Positions 1 to 8,491 of a stretch of DNA of 26,257 nucleotides are shown here, piece after piece. The notes beneath the pieces were generated by a model. That model saw only the letters and a list, made by a program, of their open reading frames with translations, was not told the DNA's origin and searched no databases. The position numbers and the translations under genes are program-made. Source of the stretch: Candidatus Asgardarchaeum abyssi (GTDB lineage: Archaea; Asgardarchaeota; Asgardarchaeia; Asgardarchaeales; Asgardarchaeaceae); the NCBI GenBank assembly GCA_040225955.1, contig JBECUL010000030.1:1-26257 (forward strand). The letters are read 5' to 3'. Every line of letters starts with the position of its first letter. Within the stretch, counting starts at the first letter, position 1.

Positions 1-73
1 AAGGAGTGCGGCGGAAAAAATAATTTTTTCGCAACCAATACGGATTTTTCACCTAATTAATGCGGAAGTACTG
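1..73. mobile_element. Possible terminal end of an IS element (CAGTAC-type end, ISH3/IS701-like) interrupting the PAP2 gene
   Basis: On the - strand the PAP2 frame changes abruptly from a hydrophobic TM helix (GGIVLGLI) to QYFRIN*, exactly where the sequence CAGTACTTCCGCATTAA begins (position 73 leftwards). The other end would lie outside the window. Confidence 0.35.
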
Positions 74-505
74 AATAAGGCCAAGCACTATTCCACCTAC
101 TACGTCATACCAATAGTGTACTCTTAAATATATTCTGGAATATGATACAAGAGCTATTATGATCACCGAGCTAAATGCTAATAGTTTATTTCTGAATCTT
201 AAAGTTAAATATCCCCATAATGTTGTGCTTCCCTGGGAATGGCCGCTTGGAAAACCGTATCCTTCTACACTAATCTTTCTTTCCTCTACTGGTGGTCTTG
301 GTAATTTAAAAATATCTTTAATTATGCAATTAAGCCAAAGCGATGTTAAAAGCAAAGCCATTAACCTTTTTCCTGTTTTTTTATCTATAGCCCAGTATAT
401 AACTGATATTGCAACTATGTAAAACCATTCCTCACCGAGCTGCGTGACCGCTATAAAAAATAGATCTAAAGTACTCAAGGTGAGACCTCCATATAAACTA
501 TGCAA
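53..505 (-). CDS. PAP2-family membrane phosphatase, possibly C-terminally truncated
   Basis: All three PAP2 motifs are present: KxxxxxxRP (KDIFKLPRP), PSGH, and SRxxxxxHxxxD (SRIYLRVHYWYD). Several TM helices; GGGAGG SD upstream of a TTG start. Confidence 0.88.
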   Translation of the reverse strand: MHSLYGGLTLSTLDLFFIAVTQLGEEWFYIVAISVIYWAIDKKTGKRLMALLLTSLWLNCIIKDIFKLPRPPVEERKISVEGYGFPSGHSQGSTTLWGYLTLRFRNKLLAFSSVIIIALVSYSRIYLRVHYWYDVVGGIVLGLIQYFRIN

Positions 506-615
506 AAAATAAATCCTCCCTTAAAATATTTAAAATTTTTAGGAATATTTGAGAAAAAGGTGTAAGTAATCTTTTAAATTTAAACTCTCATTTTCAAGTA
601 GTGAGTTGATGAAGA

Positions 616-2016
616 ATGAGCGTTTATGATAAGCTTAAGCCTTTATTCTCTCCGAAAACAATAGCTGTTATAGGTGCTAGTGAAAAAGAAGGGTCTCTAG
701 GAAGAGCTATAATGAACAATTTGTTATCTATAAAGTTTCCAGGAAAGATATATCCCATAAATATAAAAGGAGATACATGCTTTGGCTTAAAGATGTATAG
801 ATCGGTCTTAGACGTTGATGGTAAGATAGATTTGGCTATTATAATAATTCCAGCTCGGGCTGTACCTACAGTTCTAGAGGAATGCGTTAAAAAAGGTGTT
901 AAATCCGCTATTATAATTAGTGCTGGTTTTAGTGAGGCTGGAGAAGAGGGAAAAAAGCTTGAAGAGAAAGTACTGTCAATTGCAAGAGAGGGTAACATTA
1001 GAGTTTTAGGTCCTAATTGTTTAGGAATTTATAACCCAAGAAGCAAAATAGACTTAATTTTCAACCCTCCAGATAGACAACAAAAGCCAGGTCCTGGAAA
1101 AATAGCATTCCTTTCGCAGTCAGGTGCTTTTGGTGCCGCAATTCTGGACTTTATGGCCGAAGAAAATATAGGAATAAGTTCTTTTGTTAGCTATGGTAAT
1201 GCTATGGACATCACCGAAAGTACACTGTTAGAATACTTTGCTGAGGATCCAGAAACTTCAGTAATAACAATGTACATAGAAGGAGTAAAAGACGGACGTG
1301 CTTTTGTGGAAGTTGCAAAAAGAGTTGTGCCAAAAAAACCTATAATTGTCCTGAAGGCAGGAAGAACAGAAGCTGGCGCGAGAGCTGCTAAGTCTCATAC
1401 AGGTAGTCTCGCCGGCGCGGATGCTGTTTATGATGCTGCATTCAGACAATTAGGTATCATACGTGCAATTAGTATGGATGACTTATTCATAAAGGCAAAA
1501 GCATTATCTCTCCAACCACCAGCCAAGGGGGATCGAATAGCCATTGTAACAAATGGAGGTGGTGTTGGGGTAATGGCCTCCGATGCTATCGAGTTAGAAG
1601 GAATGAAAGTTGCAGAATTATCCTCAGAAACCATTAAGAAACTTAAGGAAGTATTACCGCCTCACGCATCTCCTTATAATCCTATTGATATTCTAGGTGA
1701 CGCTGACTATATACGCTACTCTAATGCAACTAAACTTGCTCTTTCTGATCCAAATGTAGATGGTGTGATTGTCCTTATTATTCCACAGTCTCCAGCTTTA
1801 GAACACCAAAAGCTTGTTGAAAGTTTAGTTGATATTATAAAATCGCAAGAAAAACCAGTAACTATAGCTATTCCTGGAGGTGACATTTCGAAAAGGGTAT
1901 CAGAGGAATTTGAAAAACATGAAATTCCAACGTATAAGACTCCTGAGGATGCAGTAATGGCTATGAAAGCTTTAGTATTATATGGTTACGCTCTAAAAAA
2001 ATACGGCTTGCTTTAA
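616..2016 (+). CDS. acdA: Acetate--CoA ligase (ADP-forming acetyl-CoA synthetase) alpha subunit
   Basis: CoA-binding N-terminus (PKTIAVIGAS), GPNCLG, SQSGA, the phospho-His motif SHTGSLAG, TNGGG and NPIDILGD. The 466-aa length matches a stand-alone alpha subunit. Confidence 0.93.
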   Translation: MSVYDKLKPLFSPKTIAVIGASEKEGSLGRAIMNNLLSIKFPGKIYPINIKGDTCFGLKMYRSVLDVDGKIDLAIIIIPARAVPTVLEECVKKGVKSAIIISAGFSEAGEEGKKLEEKVLSIAREGNIRVLGPNCLGIYNPRSKIDLIFNPPDRQQKPGPGKIAFLSQSGAFGAAILDFMAEENIGISSFVSYGNAMDITESTLLEYFAEDPETSVITMYIEGVKDGRAFVEVAKRVVPKKPIIVLKAGRTEAGARAAKSHTGSLAGADAVYDAAFRQLGIIRAISMDDLFIKAKALSLQPPAKGDRIAIVTNGGGVGVMASDAIELEGMKVAELSSETIKKLKEVLPPHASPYNPIDILGDADYIRYSNATKLALSDPNVDGVIVLIIPQSPALEHQKLVESLVDIIKSQEKPVTIAIPGGDISKRVSEEFEKHEIPTYKTPEDAVMAMKALVLYGYALKKYGLL

Positions 2017-2023
2017 TAAATAA

Positions 2024-2707
2024 TCATTTGTGGTTAGTGCTTTTCAGTAATTCTTTTGCACAAATAAGATCATTTTTATCATTTATGTTAAGAAATGAAT
2101 TAATGAATCCGCTCAACTCATTTTCAATACTGATATAGCTTATTTCAAGCTTGCTAATTATCTTATGAAGTGAAAAAACATTTTTTTGGATTTCGCTTGT
2201 TGCAATACTAAGAAAACTTTGAGTTCTATAGAGTGCGGTTAATGGTTCAATATAGCCATTATTCCACTTGGGAACGACACCATCTGAATTTGTCTCACAT
2301 ATTTTTTTAACCAAATATTCAACCAATTCACAATTAATAAGAGGTTGATCTGCCCCGCAAACAAAGAAAAACTCACTATCACTCAATATATCACTTGCAC
2401 TAATAATTCCTACAAGCGCACTTTGCACTTTAAGTGAATCAAAAATAAATTTTATGTGCCTCCTAATTCTTTCAGGCAGTATCTTATTAATTAAGTCCTT
2501 TTGCCATTTAAATTTGAGTGAGATTATTATATTGGAGACATCAAGGTAGTCTCGACATCGAAAAAGTGAATCTAAAACCCATAAAATTAGTGGTTTATTA
2601 CCCAACTTAATTAGCGGTTTATACATTCCAAATCTTCTACCTATTCCCCCAGCAAGTATTAATATTGAAACAGATTCAGCGTTTTTCATACTTTTTACTT
2701 TTAGCAA
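2024..2707 (-). CDS. mobA: Molybdenum cofactor guanylyltransferase (MobA-like NTP transferase); likely start ATG at 2689
   Basis: LAGGxGRRFG..K N-terminal motif, ADQP, EPLTALY and C-terminal FLNIN. Confidence 0.82.
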   Translation of the reverse strand: MLKVKSMKNAESVSILILAGGIGRRFGMYKPLIKLGNKPLILWVLDSLFRCRDYLDVSNIIISLKFKWQKDLINKILPERIRRHIKFIFDSLKVQSALVGIISASDILSDSEFFFVCGADQPLINCELVEYLVKKICETNSDGVVPKWNNGYIEPLTALYRTQSFLSIATSEIQKNVFSLHKIISKLEISYISIENELSGFINSFLNINDKNDLICAKELLKSTNHK

Positions 2708-2767
2708 ATTTTATTTATATTTTGTTCAGTTTAAGTTAAAGAGGACATTAAACGCCGAGGGATCGTA

Positions 2768-4084
2768 ATGAAAATAACTGTTAACGAGAAGCATACAATG
2801 ATAGTAGAAGGAGAAGCAACAATTAAAATAGTTGATGGTGAAGTAGAAATATTTGGTTCTCGCTTTTCTAAAGGCGAAGTAATATATGTCCCATATGCAA
2901 AAGCTTTACCATTATATGTATTGAAAAAATTAAGCGCTGAGGCACTATTTTCTGAAGGTGGTAAAATAAGAGAAGTTGATGAAAATACAATCCCTAATGA
3001 TTGGGACTCGGTTTTTGAGGAAATAAATTTACTTATCAAAAATTCTAAAAATATACCTGTAGTTTTATTTATCGGCGATGTTGATACAGGAAAAACAACT
3101 CTAATTACCTACGTGATGAATAAACTATCACAAAGTGGCTATAATATCGCAGTAATAGATGCTGATACTGGACAAAGTGATGTAGGGCCTCCTACTACTA
3201 TTGGATTAGGTCTTCTAAGGAAAGGCAAGGTTGTATATTCACTTAAAGATGTCGAGTTCATAGACGCCTTCTTCTTAGGATTAACGTCACCCGCAGGTTT
3301 GCTTCATCGTTCAATTACTGGAGTTCAACTTATGGTTGAAAAGGCAAAGAAATTAGATACGAACGCTATTCTAATTGATACTACTGGTTGGGTCTATGAT
3401 CATAATGCTAGAGATTTAAAACTGCTAAAAGTTTTATCCGTTAAGCCTGACTTAATTGTACTCATTGAGAAAGAAAATGAACTTGAATATTATTACAAGA
3501 TGTTTCATAAGTTCTTTAAGATTTTACGAGTTACCGCTTCAAGATATGTACGGGCTAGAGACAGAGAAGAGCGAAGAATGTTAAGGCAAAAAATGTATGC
3601 ATATTTCTTACTTAATGCTAAAGAAATAGAGATAGACTTGGAACAAACATCTGCCCTCTATTCATTTCTATGGACAGGGTCTGAGGTAAATAATGAAGAT
3701 GCTATTAACCTTATTTCATCAACTCTTAGTATTGAGGTTAATAAAATTCTATATGTAGAGGAAACTACAGACTGTATAATCGTAATTACCGAAAGAGGGA
3801 CTTTCATACCGATTGATAAAGTTGATAAGCTAAAAGATGTTTTTGCAAAGAGAGAAGTGAAAGTTATATCAAGAGATGTTTTCGATAACCTTCTTGTAGC
3901 TTTTTTGGACAGTAACTTTTCCTTCCTTGGGATAGGTACGATTTTAGATGTTGATTTTAAAAAGAGAAAACTAAAAGTATATTCAAATGTGAATCCAAAT
4001 AATGTCAGTGCTTTAATGTTTGGTTACATTCGAATTTCACCTGAAGGTGAAGAATTAGGTTGGACTGGACATTGGCCATTTTAA
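2768..4084 (+). CDS. Clp1/Grc3/Nol9-family polynucleotide 5'-hydroxyl kinase
   Basis: Walker A GDVDTGKTT, DADTGQSDVGPP, IDTTGW, Arg-rich lid RDREERRMLR, and an N-terminal beta domain typical of Clp1. Confidence 0.9.
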   Translation: MKITVNEKHTMIVEGEATIKIVDGEVEIFGSRFSKGEVIYVPYAKALPLYVLKKLSAEALFSEGGKIREVDENTIPNDWDSVFEEINLLIKNSKNIPVVLFIGDVDTGKTTLITYVMNKLSQSGYNIAVIDADTGQSDVGPPTTIGLGLLRKGKVVYSLKDVEFIDAFFLGLTSPAGLLHRSITGVQLMVEKAKKLDTNAILIDTTGWVYDHNARDLKLLKVLSVKPDLIVLIEKENELEYYYKMFHKFFKILRVTASRYVRARDREERRMLRQKMYAYFLLNAKEIEIDLEQTSALYSFLWTGSEVNNEDAINLISSTLSIEVNKILYVEETTDCIIVITERGTFIPIDKVDKLKDVFAKREVKVISRDVFDNLLVAFLDSNFSFLGIGTILDVDFKKRKLKVYSNVNPNNVSALMFGYIRISPEGEELGWTGHWPF

Positions 4085-4100
4085 TAATTTATTTTCGGTA

Positions 4101-4242
4101 TGCTTTGTTGACCAAAACAATGTTATATTGAAGTTATGAAATCGGAATTTAGAGCAAGTTATTATGATATCGCATATAACACATTTATCAGCGATATTAT
4201 TATAACATTACGCAACCATTCATTGAATTGTTCAACAAAGCA
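4101..4242. mobile_element. 142-bp MITE with imperfect 22-bp terminal inverted repeats and an 8-bp target-site duplication
   Basis: Left end TGCTTTGTTGACCAAAACAATG (4101-4122) versus reverse complement of right end TGCTTTGTTGAACAATTCAATG (4221-4242): 19/22 match, first 11 perfect. Flanked by the perfect direct repeat TTTCGGTA at 4093-4100 and 4243-4250. No transposase ORF. Confidence 0.88.
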
Positions 4243-4270
4243 TTTCGGTAATAAGATTTTTATTATAGTT

Positions 4271-4287
4271 ATAAAGTATATAAAAAG
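4271..4287 (+). promoter_or_regulatory. Putative BRE/TATA promoter of ecfT
   Basis: ATAAAG-TATATAAAAAG about 40-60 bp upstream of the start codon. Confidence 0.4.
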
Positions 4288-4324
4288 CATATATAGTCTG
4301 TATAATTAATTCAATCAATCAAAT

Positions 4325-5398
4325 GTGGTGGATGCAGTGTATATGCAAACATTTGATTACCTTATAATACTCATTAAATCGCTTAAATATTTTCTAAATG
4401 ATCTAATGATGATACCAGTAGGTGATTATACACTTGGCGAGTGGCTCTATGCAATCTTCTTGTTTGTTATCGTCATTCCACTAGTACCGGGTATTATAGC
4501 ATATCTTATTTTCAAAACGATAGGTATAAGTGGATTTAGAAGACTTTTCTCGTTTAGTAAAGTTGATAGTCCAATGCATAGATTAAATCCTATAACTAAA
4601 ATATTATATGTCCTTATGATAGGAGTCTCTGTTGCAATTCTTGAAGAAAATATCTTTATAGGTGATATTGAAATAAGAATGGAATATATTATGCTCGCAC
4701 TTTTCTTCTCAACTTTCATTGGCTGGAAATATGCAAATCCATCCTCTCAAAAACTTAGAGCTATGACAATAATAATATTGACGCAATGGTTAGTCATTGC
4801 ATGGGGTCAATCTTTCCTCAATCCTGGATTTTCTACTAATCCACGATATCCTGCAGTGTTTATTTTTCCAAGACCACTATGGCTCTTAGGAATACAGCGA
4901 ATAACTGTAGACGGATTCAGATATGGATTTGTACAAGGTATTAGGGTTGCTGCTGCATTAAGCGCAGCTTTATTATTAATAACCACAACACATCCGTCAT
5001 ACATTATTTATGCGTTAAGGAAATTTAAAATTCCTCTTGAAATAAATTTCATGGTAAGTATAACCTTTAAGAGTATTCCAACTATCCTTGAAAAGAGTTT
5101 CTTAGTATTAAGTGCTGAGAGAGCAAGAGGCTTAAACATTAGACCAGAAAGAACTTATAACATCCCTAAAGCTATAAAATCTGCTCAAAGACAATTGAAA
5201 AATATAGTTTATGCGATATTTCCAATAATCATAGAGTCCGTACGAGCTGCTAGGCAGATGGCTGTTGCCGCAAATGTTCGAGCTTTCAGAGCGGAGAAAA
5301 CAAGAACATATTATAAGGAAATTCCAATGAGCACAAAAGATAAAATTCTTAGCTTAATTTTTGTGGCTATAATGGTTATACTTTTTATCCTAACATAA
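4325..5398 (+). CDS. ecfT: ECF transporter transmembrane component T (CbiQ/EcfT family) with an N-terminal TM extension; likely start ATG at 4343
   Basis: DSPMHRLNPITK, TTTHPS..YALRKFKIP, and coupling motifs ERARG and NVRAF (variant of xRG). Confidence 0.88.
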   Translation: MVDAVYMQTFDYLIILIKSLKYFLNDLMMIPVGDYTLGEWLYAIFLFVIVIPLVPGIIAYLIFKTIGISGFRRLFSFSKVDSPMHRLNPITKILYVLMIGVSVAILEENIFIGDIEIRMEYIMLALFFSTFIGWKYANPSSQKLRAMTIIILTQWLVIAWGQSFLNPGFSTNPRYPAVFIFPRPLWLLGIQRITVDGFRYGFVQGIRVAAALSAALLLITTTHPSYIIYALRKFKIPLEINFMVSITFKSIPTILEKSFLVLSAERARGLNIRPERTYNIPKAIKSAQRQLKNIVYAIFPIIIESVRAARQMAVAANVRAFRAEKTRTYYKEIPMSTKDKILSLIFVAIMVILFILT

Positions 5399-5428
5399 CC
5401 TCCTGGAGTAATTCCATTCCTTTAATTA

Positions 5429-5755
5429 TTATTTTTCTAAATTTCTAATTTCAAAAATAATAGTTTTTGTTTTTGCTTCTACGGCTTTTCTTTCTCCTCT
5501 ATTTACTTTTATTATATCTCCTGATTTGTATTCAATTGCATTCTCTGAGTCGCTATATATAAGGCCACTTCCTTGTTTTATTAAGAAAATTGTTTCAAAT
5601 TTGTCAGTTTCTGGAAATTGATATTTTTCGCCTTTATCAATAATTATGTAAAATATTGCTAAATTTCTATCTATCATCGCGATGTGCCGATTTGTTTCTC
5701 TTTCGCTCATGAGAGCTCTAATGTTTTTAAATTCTACTCTTCTCAAAATCTTCAC
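5429..5755 (-). CDS. Cupin-fold protein lacking the canonical metal-binding histidines
   Basis: Cupin pattern KGEK..P...ETIFLIKQGSG...KSGDIIKVNRGE.KAVEA; no His in either motif. Confidence 0.7.
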   Translation of the reverse strand: MKILRRVEFKNIRALMSERETNRHIAMIDRNLAIFYIIIDKGEKYQFPETDKFETIFLIKQGSGLIYSDSENAIEYKSGDIIKVNRGERKAVEAKTKTIIFEIRNLEK

Positions 5756-5850
5756 CTAGTTAGTATTTTTTTAAATGAAAACCAATAGCCATCAACTCTT
5801 CCAAAAATAAACTTTTGAATGATAATGTAAATATATAAAAATATAATTTG

Positions 5851-6456
5851 TTAAGATTCGCGAAAGCGCGGGAATAAATCGACTAATCTAAAATTACAGT
5901 TCCAGCAATATTCTGAGTTACTATATATTACCGCATTACAATTAGGGCATCTAATCGGAAGCTTTAATGGATATTTGTATTCCTCCTCTACTTTTATGCC
6001 CCCTTCTTCTAGTCTTGTGAAGAAAGGCTTTGGTTTTCTCATTTCTCTAATTCCAGAGAAAATTGCTGCACTGCCCAAAAGTGTAATAAATGTATAGATA
6101 GATGGAAGTGTAAAAATAGCAGGTATTGTTTCTAAAGAAAATACATAATAAAAGACCAAGAGGAAGTAACCAATTATTGATGATGTCAACCCATAGATTA
6201 ATTTCCTAGTAACTTCTCCTATAAAAAGTCCTGCTAAAATCCAAGAAATAATTACTGCGATAAGTGAGTTTGTTTGCATAGCTTTAACATCTATAAGGAA
6301 AACGTAATTCAATAAAGTATCTAAAGGTATGGGATTATTATGATATAGCCCTATTTCTTTTTGAAAAGCTACTGCAAGAATCGTAAGTAAGATTGGTGGG
6401 GTAACTGCAGCTGTCATGGATCCGACAAATATTTTAAATGATGACATGTCAATCAC
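5851..6456 (-). CDS. Membrane protein (about 4 TM) with a C-terminal zinc ribbon; likely start ATG at 6447
   Basis: Four hydrophobic segments followed by CPNC-x10-CWNC; GGTGA SD before the ATG at 6447. Confidence 0.75.
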   Translation of the reverse strand: MIDMSSFKIFVGSMTAAVTPPILLTILAVAFQKEIGLYHNNPIPLDTLLNYVFLIDVKAMQTNSLIAVIISWILAGLFIGEVTRKLIYGLTSSIIGYFLLVFYYVFSLETIPAIFTLPSIYTFITLLGSAAIFSGIREMRKPKPFFTRLEEGGIKVEEEYKYPLKLPIRCPNCNAVIYSNSEYCWNCNFRLVDLFPRFRES

Positions 6457-6529
6457 CTGTTTATTATATTAAGTTCGCATAGACTTAGAAAGGACATATA
6501 AATATAAAGAAAAAGCAGAGTTTATGGAT

Positions 6530-8275
6530 TTAAAACTTTTCTTTGAATTTAAATGGAATTATTAAAATAGCAACTCCGAGTATTACGACAATCGCTAGTG
6601 CAGCTATTATTTGAGGCCATGGTAGCTCAGTTTCAGTAACTGGAATCACCACAACTTTTTTGCTTGTTGAGGCTATAAAGTTGCCATTGTCCATCAAAAT
6701 AGCAACAATATAATATGTTCCATCTTTTTCAAATTTATATGTTAATGAAGCAATTCCAATATTATTCTTTATCAACTCCTCAGCGTGCGTAATATAAGTG
6801 GTATTAATTAGTGTGCCATTTTGGTCAATAATACCAACTACTATTGTTAGATTTAAGTTGTCCGTGGAATTAACAAGAAATGTTACGTTTATTGAAACCA
6901 ATTCGTTTTCTTCTGGAAGTAGATTACTGACGCTAAGGGTTATATCACCAAATGGTTCTGTAAATGCATATAGCACATCACCATCTACAGTTGATGGTAT
7001 GTGTACACCAAGATAGGCTAGTACTGTTGGCATTATATCTATAATTTCTGCATTTGATAAATCAAATGTGCTTTTAACATTCCAGCCAGCGATGTATAGT
7101 GGTATTGTTTGCTCATCGGTTCCTCCGTGACTTCCTTCAGATTCCGTATATGCTGTATATCCATCCTTAAGAACAACATACAGGTCTCCTGCAAATGTTG
7201 TATTAAGGTGAATATCGCTTAGGGTTCCATTCACAGATGTTGTAGCCCATCTGCTATATATTTCTTTAACTATTCCAGAATCCCATGCATCTTCCACAGC
7301 TTTTTCTAAGTCACTTGGATCCTTTAAATATATGAACATTGCACGTCCACCTACTTCAATTGCATAATGATCCACGGTTATAGCACTCCATCTAATTTTT
7401 ATAGTCATAGCTGTTTTTGCTGGATCAGTATCTGAAAATCCATGATCTGAAGTTACAATAAATAACGTGTGTGACCATAGATTTTTTTCTTTTATCGCTG
7501 AAACTAAACGTCCAATTTGCGCGTCAGCATTCTGAACTATCTGATTGTATTCCGTTGAATTAGGACCATAAGCATGACCAGCCCAATCTGTTGCAGGGAG
7601 ATTTATAACCATTAATACACGTTCTCCAAGTTTTAATTTACTTTCCACTCTATCAAGGCATGAAAGACTTTGATTTATTATCCACTCATCTTGCATTAGT
7701 CGTAAATCTAATGGAAATTGTGGATCATAAGGATCATAAGTATTATACTCCGTATAATTAGTAGGTAAAGTATAGAATGCTCCAACAGGTCCCATAACTG
7801 AAAGTTTCTCCTTTCCAACTATAAGTATAGTATCTATGCCATCTTGAGTTGCGATTGAGATAAGAGATGGAACTTGCCTAACTTCGGAGAGGTGATCAGG
7901 TACATAAATTACCTCTGGTGTGTCTGATGTTGAGAGATGCCATTCACTTGAATTTATAACAAGCGTATTAGCAATCCCATTTGTTTCTGGATAAGCTCCT
8001 GTTGCTAAGGCTGCATGCGCAACAGTAGTTACAGAAGGCAGTACGGTTTTTGCATTAAGAGTATATATTCCTTCACTAGATAGGGATGATAGGGTTGACA
8101 GATTAAGAGTTGGAATTATAGTGGGTTCTAGTCCATCGATAATCACCACAACAGCAAACCTCCCATAGAATTGAGTATCATTACTATATGCTATGGTATT
8201 GAAGTTCTCTGATGCGGTGATAGGTAGCATTATCAGAGCCGTAATCCATAAGATTAATATAATTCGCGCTTCCAT
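6530..8275 (-). CDS. Secreted, C-terminally anchored alkaline-phosphatase-superfamily hydrolase (nucleotide pyrophosphatase/phosphodiesterase-like)
   Basis: Signal peptide; IIDG; PSVTTVAH (Thr nucleophile); DWAGH; TSDHG; GSHGG; a C-terminal beta-rich domain, then a TM helix with a basic tail. Acidic, with many N-x-S/T sequons. Confidence 0.9.
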   Translation of the reverse strand: MEARIILILWITALIMLPITASENFNTIAYSNDTQFYGRFAVVVIIDGLEPTIIPTLNLSTLSSLSSEGIYTLNAKTVLPSVTTVAHAALATGAYPETNGIANTLVINSSEWHLSTSDTPEVIYVPDHLSEVRQVPSLISIATQDGIDTILIVGKEKLSVMGPVGAFYTLPTNYTEYNTYDPYDPQFPLDLRLMQDEWIINQSLSCLDRVESKLKLGERVLMVINLPATDWAGHAYGPNSTEYNQIVQNADAQIGRLVSAIKEKNLWSHTLFIVTSDHGFSDTDPAKTAMTIKIRWSAITVDHYAIEVGGRAMFIYLKDPSDLEKAVEDAWDSGIVKEIYSRWATTSVNGTLSDIHLNTTFAGDLYVVLKDGYTAYTESEGSHGGTDEQTIPLYIAGWNVKSTFDLSNAEIIDIMPTVLAYLGVHIPSTVDGDVLYAFTEPFGDITLSVSNLLPEENELVSINVTFLVNSTDNLNLTIVVGIIDQNGTLINTTYITHAEELIKNNIGIASLTYKFEKDGTYYIVAILMDNGNFIASTSKKVVVIPVTETELPWPQIIAALAIVVILGVAILIIPFKFKEKF

Positions 8276-8491
8276 TGAGATACCCCTAGCATAATTATTT
8301 AAATATAGAAAATCTTGAAATATGAAGTGAACGGGTTTATTGTACTATTTATTATAAGAACTTTATAATATTTTGTATAGATTTATGTGAAAATTGATAA
8401 GTAACTAATAAAAAAGATATAAATACGCTCGAATATCAGAATCTATAATATTTATAAAAAGAAGAAGGAAGTACTGAACGAGTTGATGTAA

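Noticed and set aside
4085-4324. Riboswitch (TPP) or ncRNA upstream of the ECF genes
   Set aside because: No TPP consensus (CUGAGA...ACCUG) is visible here or in the other ECF leaders; the structure is explained by the MITE.
8467-8478. 12-mer GGAAGTACTGAA identical to 64-75
   Set aside because: Isolated 12-bp matches are expected by chance in 26 kb; there is no partner inverted end or TSD here.
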